IMG/VR virus record: IMGVR_UViG_3300044515_000031
Span: 1-44,563 of that record
Strand: one strand, 5' to 3'
Length of the DNA stretch: 44,563 nucleotides
DNA from: a virus
Shown here: piece after piece, positions 33,484 to 40,037 of the stretch
How the letters are laid out: each line of letters opens with the position of its first letter
How positions within the stretch are numbered: position 1 is the first letter of the stretch
Position numbers and translations under genes: made by a program
Notes under the pieces: model-generated
Told to the model about the DNA's origin: nothing
The model's input: the letters and a program-made list of their open reading frames with translations, nothing else
The model's database searches: none

Positions 33484-33539
33484 GCACCTGGGTACTTAGG
33501 TTCCTAAGCGCCTAAGCACCTAAGCACCCGAAGTTCCTG
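33484..33539 (+). repeat. Iteron cluster A: 7 phased 8-bp units (GYNCYTAR), forward orientation
   Basis: GCACCTGG GTACTTAG GTTCCTAA GCGCCTAA GCACCTAA GCACCCGA AGTTCCTG. The cluster starts 1 nt after the rep stop and ends 44 nt before the parA ATG. Confidence 0.85.
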
Positions 33540-33582
33540 AACTACAGAGCTGTAAACCCATTGAGCACCAGGAGCGTATCGA

Positions 33583-34179
33583 ATGAACCTCACCATAGCT
33601 GGAGATAAAGGCGGCGTCGGCAAGACTACGACGGCGCTGTGCCTGGCAGCGTACCTCAACACGCTGGCCCCGACGCTGCTGCTGGACGGCGATCGCACCA
33701 AGAATGCGGTCAACTGCGCGCGGCGGCGGCTGGACTTTCCGTTCCGCGTCGAGCCGATCGAGGCGGGGCCGATGCTGGCTCGGCAGTTCGAACACATCGT
33801 CACCGACACCGGTCAGTCCCCTACTCTCCAGCAACTGAAAGCGGCGGCCGACTGGTGCGACCTGCTGGTGATCCCGGCGAAGGCGGCGTGGTTCGACACC
33901 AACAGCCTGGCGCAGACGATCCAGTCGCTGCACGAGTTGAAGGTTACGAAGTATCGCGTGCTACTGACCCACGTCGCTCCCGACGAGGCGGCCGAGGCGC
34001 TGGAGCTGCGCCGGCTGCTGGCGTCGATTGGAGCTCCGGTCTTTCTCACCGAGATCCCGCGGCTGAAGGCCTTCAAGAAAGCGGCCGACGCCGGCACGAT
34101 CGTAAGCGCGTCGACGGACAAGAACGGCGCCCGGGCCTGGGCGGCATACGAAGCTGTCGGAAAGGAGCTCGGTCTATGA
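33583..34179 (+). CDS. parA: Small ParA-type partition ATPase (type Ib, ParF-like size)
   Basis: 198 aa with a deviant Walker A (GDKGGVGKTTTA). It lacks an N-terminal HTH. AGGAG lies upstream. Confidence 0.9.
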   Translation: MNLTIAGDKGGVGKTTTALCLAAYLNTLAPTLLLDGDRTKNAVNCARRRLDFPFRVEPIEAGPMLARQFEHIVTDTGQSPTLQQLKAAADWCDLLVIPAKAAWFDTNSLAQTIQSLHELKVTKYRVLLTHVAPDEAAEALELRRLLASIGAPVFLTEIPRLKAFKKAADAGTIVSASTDKNGARAWAAYEAVGKELGL

Positions 34180-34493
34180 AGGATAGAGTCTCGAACCTCG
34201 AAAGCGCATTCGCCGGGATGAGCCGTGCGGCCGAGTCCCCACACGCTCAAGCACCTAAGCGCTCAGGTGCTCAGGTACCTAAGCCCCTAAGCACCGGAGC
34301 GCCTAAGCGCCCAAGCACCCAGGCGCTCCCGCTTCAGGGTACAGGCAAAAGCAGCCATCCCGACTTTGAGGCGTTCAAGGTCTATCTGCGCACGGCCACG
34401 AAGCGGGCGGCCGCGCGGAAGTTCGAGGACGAGACCGGCGGCGACTTCTCGGATCTGTGCGAGAAGCTGCTGGCCGAGTACTTAGGCGCTTAG
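34176..34493 (+). CDS. Small partner protein of ParA (centromere-binding protein candidate, ParG-like size)
   Basis: 105 aa with an ATGA overlap to parA. The middle is an 8-aa-periodic Pro/Lys-rich segment encoded by iteron cluster B. The C-terminal ~45 aa (FEAFKVYLRTATKRAAARKFEDETGGDFSDLCEKLLAEYL) could be an RHH fold. Confidence 0.7.
   Translation: MKDRVSNLESAFAGMSRAAESPHAQAPKRSGAQVPKPLSTGAPKRPSTQALPLQGTGKSSHPDFEAFKVYLRTATKRAAARKFEDETGGDFSDLCEKLLAEYLGA
34243..34338 (+). repeat. Iteron cluster B: about 12 phased 8-bp units, forward orientation, inside the coding sequence
   Basis: ACGCTCAA GCACCTAA GCGCTCAG GTGCTCAG GTACCTAA GCCCCTAA GCACCGGA GCGCCTAA GCGCCCAA GCACCCAG GCGCTCCC GCTTCAGG. 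Confidence 0.85.
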
Positions 34494-34533
34494 GGCGCTA
34501 GGTGCTTAGGTGCCTGAGTACCTAAGCCCCGGA
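34482..34533. repeat. Iteron cluster C: five reverse units (TTAGGNGC type) then two forward units
   Basis: TTAGGCGC TTAGGGCG CTAGGTGC TTAGGTGC CTGAGTAC, overlapping GTACCTAA GCCCCGGA. Orientation switches at GTAC 34518-34521. The cluster spans the stop at 34491-34493 and ends at the SD of the next gene. Confidence 0.8.
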
Positions 34534-34542
34534 AGGAGCGAG

Positions 34543-34758
34543 ATGAAGATAACGATCGAATCAACGGACATCATTACGGACATCGATGGGGTCATGTGCC
34601 GCGTGTGGCGCGGCGTGACCGAACGCGGTGTGCAGTGTGATCTGGCTATCCCTCGGCTGCGTGTGTTGCGTGAAGACGACCATCGGGAGTTTGAAGACGA
34701 ACTGGCGGCGCTGCCTTCAGGCCGGATGCCGCCACGCAATTTCGAGGATAGGTTTTAG
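34543..34758 (+). CDS. Hypothetical small protein flanked by iteron clusters C and D
   Basis: 71 aa. GGAAGGAG lies upstream of ATG 34543. Confidence 0.55.
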   Translation: MKITIESTDIITDIDGVMCRVWRGVTERGVQCDLAIPRLRVLREDDHREFEDELAALPSGRMPPRNFEDRF

Positions 34759-34802
34759 GGGCTTAGGGCGTTAGGCGCTTAGGTACCTGAGTACCTGGGC
34801 GA
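34755..34802 (-). repeat. Iteron cluster D: 6 phased 8-bp units, reverse orientation
   Basis: TTAGGGGC TTAGGGCG TTAGGCGC TTAGGTAC CTGAGTAC CTGGGCGA. This is the mirror image of cluster A. Confidence 0.85.
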
Positions 34803-34817
34803 GAAAGCAGGGAACTA

Positions 34818-35096
34818 ATGGAGAAGGAAATAGCTGTAGTGGCGATGGGTGAGCTCGTACGGGTGATGGTGAAGTCCATCGTCGACGAGCCGAACGAAGT
34901 GACGGTTTCGGTGGATACGCGGAACGTCGGTCGCGTGCTGCTGACCGTGGATGTAGCGCCGAACGACCTTGGCAAGGTGATCGGGAAGCAAGGCAGGAAC
35001 GCGCGCGCGTTGCGAACGATCCTGGGAGCGGCTGGCATGGCCTTCGGAGTGCCGTCGTCGCTGAACATCCGGGAAGGCGACGGCGATGCCCACTGA
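34818..35096 (+). CDS. KH-domain RNA-binding protein (KhpA/YlqC-like)
   Basis: 92 aa. LVRVMVKSIVDEPNEVTVSVDTRNVGRVLLTVDVAPNDLGKVIGKQGRNARALRTIL matches the UPF0109/KhpA pattern, including the GKVIGKQGR (GxxG) loop. Confidence 0.75.
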   Translation: MEKEIAVVAMGELVRVMVKSIVDEPNEVTVSVDTRNVGRVLLTVDVAPNDLGKVIGKQGRNARALRTILGAAGMAFGVPSSLNIREGDGDAH

Positions 35097-35307
35097 CCGA
35101 AAGACGGCCACAGAAAGCCTGGAGATGACTACAGACGTTATCGTCACGGCGATGTATCGCGACTTCGACGATGGTTCCCTGGCGGAGATGTTGATCCACG
35201 GCGAGGAGTTTCCTCCGGAGCCGATCGTGGTGGCGCTGAACAGGTCTATCCAGAAAGAGCTGCATCGCCGGAAACAGGAGCGCGAGGATCTGGAGGCGGA
35301 CCGATGA
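35086..35307 (+). CDS. Hypothetical protein
   Basis: 73 aa. It overlaps the upstream stop and has an ATGA overlap with the next gene. Confidence 0.5.
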   Translation: MPTDRKTATESLEMTTDVIVTAMYRDFDDGSLAEMLIHGEEFPPEPIVVALNRSIQKELHRRKQEREDLEADR

Positions 35308-35507
35308 TCCCGATTCTCAATTCGATCGTGGCGGCGCGCCTGGCGGAGTTCGACGATCTGCTGGCACGGATCGCGCGCGATCGCGCCGAGGCCTGGGCGC
35401 ACAGTCCGGCCGGAACGCAGTATGACAACACCCCGATCCGCGAAGCTGCTCGGTTGTTTTTGAATAGGCGACGGCGCCGGAGAAAGCAGGGAACGGATGG
35501 CCGCTGA
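35304..35507 (+). CDS. Hypothetical protein
   Basis: 67 aa, translationally coupled on both sides. Confidence 0.5.
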   Translation: MIPILNSIVAARLAEFDDLLARIARDRAEAWAHSPAGTQYDNTPIREAARLFLNRRRRRRKQGTDGR

Positions 35508-35742
35508 ATATCTGAGCCGGTGCGCGAGCTGCGCGGAAACGATCAGGCCGAAGGACGGCTTCATCAACACTGGCTGCAAAGACTACTGTCTCAAGCCACT
35601 GTGCATGGCGGCCGCATATGCGTCTGTGAAGTTGCCGCGGGACCGCGTCGCCGGGCTTTCCACGGCCGAAGGCAAGCTGGTCATTCACGTCAACGGCTTC
35701 GACGATGTGCAGTTTGGAGAAGCAAGAAAGGGAAACAGATGA
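35497..35742 (+). CDS. Hypothetical Cys-containing protein
   Basis: 81 aa with CASC...C...C...C. It is coupled to its neighbours. Confidence 0.5.
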   Translation: MAAEYLSRCASCAETIRPKDGFINTGCKDYCLKPLCMAAAYASVKLPRDRVAGLSTAEGKLVIHVNGFDDVQFGEARKGNR

Positions 35743-36110
35743 GCGATCCGAATATTAAAGAATTACTTGAAGAGCAATTACGACTGGCAAAGGATTTTCC
35801 GCGCGCCAACTTCGGGCTTCTCCACGGCCACGACTATCCAGAGATCGCACGCTCGGCTCTAAGCAGCGCCGACGTTTGTAGAGATCTACTCATGAACTAT
35901 GTGATGAGTTCCATTCGATCTGGCGAAGTCGCTGAAAGCATAAACCCCGGGGCTTTCCAAGATTCGCGTGAGATTGTGCAGCGAAATACGATTCTGCACG
36001 ATCAGGCGCTCAAGTACTTATATTTAGGCATTCAAATCGGGCGCGCGCTTGAGAAACAAGTAGCAGAAGCACTGCTATCGCTTGCTGAGGAAGAGAGCAA
36101 AAACCGATGA
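35739..36110 (+). CDS. Hypothetical protein (visibly lower-GC segment)
   Basis: 123 aa with ATGA overlaps at both ends. Confidence 0.6.
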   Translation: MSDPNIKELLEEQLRLAKDFPRANFGLLHGHDYPEIARSALSSADVCRDLLMNYVMSSIRSGEVAESINPGAFQDSREIVQRNTILHDQALKYLYLGIQIGRALEKQVAEALLSLAEEESKNR

Positions 36111-36523
36111 GGACGATTGGGATGAAGCCTGGAGATTTTGTTTTGGTGATTGAGCATCGCGACAACGAGCAGCTTGTCCATAAAGGTCTGGCCGTGAGTC
36201 TTTCGATGGACGAGCAGCTCGCCGGCGCCGACGGTCAGTGCGCGATCACGGCGTCGTTTGTGGGGCCGCTGGGCGGCGTGTCGATCGAGGACGTCGTCCA
36301 CATCTCGCACCGCGACTGGATCGAGGGCCGCGCCGGCCTGGCGTACGAGGATCTGCCACATCCGCTGATGGGCGTTTGCCGCTTCTGTCTCTGTACCGAG
36401 CAGCGCGCGTGCCCCTGCGGCTGCAGCTGGCTCGATCTGGATGGTACGGCGTGCTCGGCGCCGGAATGCAAAGCAAAGTTCATAGCCGAGTACCAGGCGT
36501 TTGGGGAGGTTATCCATGGCTAA
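36107..36523 (+). CDS. Hypothetical protein with a Cys-rich C-terminus
   Basis: 138 aa. The C-terminus reads CRFCLCTEQRACPCGCSWLDLDGTACSAPEC. Confidence 0.6.
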   Translation: MRTIGMKPGDFVLVIEHRDNEQLVHKGLAVSLSMDEQLAGADGQCAITASFVGPLGGVSIEDVVHISHRDWIEGRAGLAYEDLPHPLMGVCRFCLCTEQRACPCGCSWLDLDGTACSAPECKAKFIAEYQAFGEVIHG

Positions 36524-36770
36524 GTCGAAGAAGCTCGTTTGGCGCAAGCGGCCGGAGCCGCACCTACAGATGATCGTGGTTGCATTCCACATTGGCGAGT
36601 GGACTATGGCCGAAGTAGATGAGCCGTGCGTGACCTGCAAATTCGGGACGCTTCGCCGGTTTACGTTTTGCAGTCCAGACTCCTATATCCCAACATCGCC
36701 ACGTCCGTTCCACATGAAATGCGCTCTGAAGAAGCTATTCGCTGAAGCGATAGGAATGAAAATCTCATGA
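36516..36770 (+). CDS. Hypothetical protein
   Basis: 84 aa from ATG 36516, with GGGGAGG upstream. It has an ATGA overlap with the next gene. Confidence 0.5.
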   Translation: MAKSKKLVWRKRPEPHLQMIVVAFHIGEWTMAEVDEPCVTCKFGTLRRFTFCSPDSYIPTSPRPFHMKCALKKLFAEAIGMKIS

Positions 36771-38575
36771 AGAAAAGCCGCCTGCATATATCGAAGAACT
36801 TCAGTTTGCCGATCGATCTCGTGACGTCGACGCAAGCCATCCTCGCCCGCAAGCGCAGTGGCAAGAGCTATCTCGCCCAGGTCGAAACGGAAGAGATGCT
36901 CGAGCAGGGCGCGCAGGTTGGCGTCTTCGATCCGACGGGTGCGTGGTGGGGATTGAAGTCGTCGGCCGACGGTAAGAGCGCCGGCTATTCGATCGTCATC
37001 TTCGGCGGCCGGAACGCCGACGCGCCGCTGGACTTCAGGGCAGGGAAGGCGATGGCTACCGCGTTCCTCGATCGCGGCTTCTCGGCCGTGTTCGATATCT
37101 CGCTGTTCACGCTTCCTCAGCAGCTGCAGTTCGTGATGGAGTTCTGCGACGAGATCCTGCGCGTCAACCGAAATGCTCTGCACTTGGTCATCGATGAGGC
37201 CGATACGTTTGCCCCGCAAACGCCGCGCAGCAAACCCGCCGGCGAATGCCTGGGAACGGTTTCGAGACTGGTTAGCCAGGGCGGCCTCGGCGGCACGGGC
37301 GTGACGATGATCACGCAGCGATCGGCGAAGATCAACTGGGATGTACTGAGCCAGATCGATATATTGACGGTCCTGCGCATGGGAGCGCCGCTTGATATCA
37401 AGCCGGTGGTGTCGTGGCTGCAGACGAACACGACGCCAGAGTTCGCCGCGGAGGTGGGCGCTGCACTGCCGTCGCTGCCTGTGGGAACGGCCTTCATTGC
37501 GTCGGCACACCTGGAGATAGCCAATCGCGTCGAGGTCCGCCAGAAGCGCACATTCAACTCAGGAGCAACGCCGAAGCCGGGCGAACGGAAGATCGTCCCC
37601 AAGGTGTTTGCGGAGGTCGACGCCAAGAAGCTCGGCGAGCAGATCGCGGGGTCGATCGCTGCTGCCAAGGCAAACTCGCCCGACGAGCTGAAGGCGCGGA
37701 TCCGCGAGCTCGAGCGCCAGGTGGCGAGACCGGCCGCGGCGCCGGTGATAGTCCAGAAGCCTGCGCCAGAATCACAAATCGACAAGGAGAATCTGCGGAT
37801 GCTCGTAAAAAAGCTGGATGCACTGAGTCAGGCTGTAAACGAAGCTACTGAGCTGGCCCAGGCAGACGAGGACCGCAGGACGCGCGCCGTTGCTTTGCTG
37901 GCCGAGCTGCAGAAACTCCTAACTCCGCCATCGTCACTTTCCAAGGTTTTGAAAAAAGCGGGGGAGACAAAGGATGTTGCCCAAGCGCTGGTACCGGCGC
38001 AGGTCCGGGAGCGTGAACAATCTGCACCAACTCCCAAGCCTGTCCGTGCTCCGGCACCCGTGCAAGCGGGAGATCGGAGCCTGGATGGTCCCGAGTCGCG
38101 CGTCCTCGATAACATCGCATGGCTCGTGGACAGCGGCGTCGAGGATCCTGAATCGGAGTTAGTGGCGTTTCTCTCGGGCTATAGCACGTCTACTTCGACC
38201 AGTTTCAAGAATCCCCGCTCGAGACTGAAGGAACGCGGGATGATTATCTATCCCACGCCTGGGCGCCTTCGCCTGACTGATGAGGGCAGAGCAGCAGCCA
38301 ATCGCGGCAACGCTCCTATGACGATCGAGCATCTACATGCTGCGATATTTGCGCAGCTCCCTGGCCCCGAAGAAAAAATGCTCCGGCTTTTGTTGGCGAG
38401 TTATCCGGAATCTATTACTTCTGAGTTACTCGCTGAGAAGACCGGGTATTCGACGCCTACTTCGACCAGCTTCAAAAATCCACGCAGCCGGCTGAAGTCC
38501 CTGGGCTTTGCGGAGTATCCAACCAGCGGCGTCGTGCGGGCCACCGAGCTGCTGTTTCCGGCGGCGCTGCGATGA
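36767..38575 (+). CDS. HerA/DUF87-like P-loop ATPase fused to a coiled-coil linker and two tandem C-terminal winged-helix modules
   Basis: 602 aa. Motifs are a Walker A ARKRSGKS followed by VGVFDPTGAWW, a Walker B LHLVIDEAD, and ITQRSAKINWDVLSQIDILTVLRM. Two ~89-aa repeats end in GYST(S/P)TSTSFKNPRSRLK...G. Confidence 0.75.
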   Translation: MKKSRLHISKNFSLPIDLVTSTQAILARKRSGKSYLAQVETEEMLEQGAQVGVFDPTGAWWGLKSSADGKSAGYSIVIFGGRNADAPLDFRAGKAMATAFLDRGFSAVFDISLFTLPQQLQFVMEFCDEILRVNRNALHLVIDEADTFAPQTPRSKPAGECLGTVSRLVSQGGLGGTGVTMITQRSAKINWDVLSQIDILTVLRMGAPLDIKPVVSWLQTNTTPEFAAEVGAALPSLPVGTAFIASAHLEIANRVEVRQKRTFNSGATPKPGERKIVPKVFAEVDAKKLGEQIAGSIAAAKANSPDELKARIRELERQVARPAAAPVIVQKPAPESQIDKENLRMLVKKLDALSQAVNEATELAQADEDRRTRAVALLAELQKLLTPPSSLSKVLKKAGETKDVAQALVPAQVREREQSAPTPKPVRAPAPVQAGDRSLDGPESRVLDNIAWLVDSGVEDPESELVAFLSGYSTSTSTSFKNPRSRLKERGMIIYPTPGRLRLTDEGRAAANRGNAPMTIEHLHAAIFAQLPGPEEKMLRLLLASYPESITSELLAEKTGYSTPTSTSFKNPRSRLKSLGFAEYPTSGVVRATELLFPAALR

Positions 38576-39075
38576 AGGTCGACTTCATTATTTTGCGTAG
38601 CGTTTATGCCTCCCGAGTGTTCTTGATCGAATGGCTGTCATTCACGCGAAGAGGCATCGAACGGTCGATGATTGCGATCTACTTCCTTTGCATGATGGCC
38701 TTCCATATCGCTCCTCCATCGGGACATCTATGGTTCGGGCTCGCAGTGTATGGCCTCGTCGCCTTCGGCATGTGGCTGGAGCACAAGCGGGACAATCGCT
38801 CACGCATTTTCAAGATGATGATGAGGGAGTGGGTCATCGGACGGATATCGTTTGCAGCTTTCAATGTCGCCAACAGCCTCGGTTTCTTGTACGCATTCCC
38901 TTTTTTGATCGCTCTGCTGGCTTGTACAGGGTTAGGCATGTGGATATTGTTGCAATACTCCACGTCGCTGCCCGACGGGGACGAAGTCCCGGGCAGGCGC
39001 CGGAAGATTGCAGCGGCCGAGCTCAAGAAGCTGTTCGGGACGAGCTGGATGCCAGCGCCCCAGGGCCAAACCTAA
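38572..39075 (+). CDS. Multi-pass (about 4 TM) membrane protein translationally coupled to the ATPase; lower-GC segment
   Basis: 167 aa with an ATGA overlap. Hydrophobic helices are IAIYFLCMMAFHIA, LWFGLAVYGLVAFGMWL, ISFAAFNVANSLGFLYAF and LIALLACTGLGMWILL. Confidence 0.7.
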   Translation: MKVDFIILRSVYASRVFLIEWLSFTRRGIERSMIAIYFLCMMAFHIAPPSGHLWFGLAVYGLVAFGMWLEHKRDNRSRIFKMMMREWVIGRISFAAFNVANSLGFLYAFPFLIALLACTGLGMWILLQYSTSLPDGDEVPGRRRKIAAAELKKLFGTSWMPAPQGQT

Positions 39076-39686
39076 CTCAGGTTGTCGATGTGGGTATGTC
39101 GCGGGTTAGTGAGGAAGCGATGTAGCTCGGGCGTCCAGCCGGCCGCATCGTTCGGCAGGTTGTCGTATATGGCCTTGGCCATGTGGTCGCAGACGAAGCC
39201 GAGTAGACCTGGCTTGTAACCAGCGGCCGCGCGGATCCGCTTCTCCGGGCATGTGCAGGTGTATTTGTTCAGGTCGACGGTCCAGGTTCGATTGCTGACG
39301 GCCGTGGTGCCAATCTTGTAGACGGCGTTCTGCAGAGGGAACGCCGGCAACTCGGTTGAGTAAGTCGGCTGTGCGTGGATGCTGGGTTGGTGGCCGGTGC
39401 TGAGTTGCTCGACCTCGATGACGCGTTCCGCGCGCAGTGTTTTGAAGCGGCCGCCATGCATTACACCCAGGTAGGGCGTCCCGGCGACGTCGCCGATCTT
39501 CAGCAGCTCGATAGTGCGATCGCTGCGTTCGTTGTCGCGATCGACATAAACGACGCGATAACGCTCCCGAGGATCGAGGATGCGAGTCCAGTTGACGGTG
39601 TCGGTGACGTTCTTGCCCAAGCCTGGTGCTGTACGAGGAGCTGGGCGCTTGCGGCGGTAGTCGGGGCGGGAAGGGAAGTCGGCCAT
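39072..39686 (-). CDS. WYL-like domain + SWIM zinc-finger protein
   Basis: 204 aa. RYRVVYVDRDNERSDRTIELLKIGDVAGTPYLGVMHGGRFKTLRAERVIEVEQL fits the WYL-domain pattern. YTCTCPEKRI...GFVCDHMAKAI fits the SWIM CxC...CxH pattern. Its stop overlaps the convergent gene's stop (CTAA). Confidence 0.65.
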   Translation of the reverse strand: MADFPSRPDYRRKRPAPRTAPGLGKNVTDTVNWTRILDPRERYRVVYVDRDNERSDRTIELLKIGDVAGTPYLGVMHGGRFKTLRAERVIEVEQLSTGHQPSIHAQPTYSTELPAFPLQNAVYKIGTTAVSNRTWTVDLNKYTCTCPEKRIRAAAGYKPGLLGFVCDHMAKAIYDNLPNDAAGWTPELHRFLTNPRHTHIDNLS

Positions 39687-39772
39687 GTGGCCGATATGGT
39701 GTCACCGCTGTGGAAAAGTTAGCAAGACTACTAACTTGTTCGTTTTCTTCGTCTAAGATATGCAGACCATCC

Positions 39773-39973
39773 ATGAGCGCACCGAATAAGCACACGGGCA
39801 AAGCACCCCTACAGCGGTCGAACCTGCCACGGCAGCGCAAATCCATGCGGTTGGAGATGAGATGGCCTGTGTACCGGCAACTTCTCGACATGCGGTATGG
39901 CGAAGAGTCGGTGGTAGAGGCCGTTGAGCGGCTGGTGCTGTCGGCTCAACCGCTGCGCAACGTGTGCGAGTAA
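39773..39973 (+). CDS. Small hypothetical protein, possible ribbon-helix-helix
   Basis: 66 aa from ATG 39773. RLEMRWPVYRQLLDMRYGEESVVEAVERLV looks like a beta-strand followed by helices. Confidence 0.4.
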   Translation: MSAPNKHTGKAPLQRSNLPRQRKSMRLEMRWPVYRQLLDMRYGEESVVEAVERLVLSAQPLRNVCE

Positions 39974-39981
39974 CTACACCA

Positions 39982-39997
39982 AAGTATGTACATACTT
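39982..39997. promoter_or_regulatory. Perfect 16-bp palindrome AAGTATGTACATACTT
   Basis: Read directly. It lies in the 64-nt gap between 39973 and the 40038 start and is AT-rich in a GC-rich genome. Confidence 0.5.
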
Positions 39998-40037
39998 CGT
40001 GTAAAGCGCTAGTTCGGCGTGCGATGCTACGCCAACC

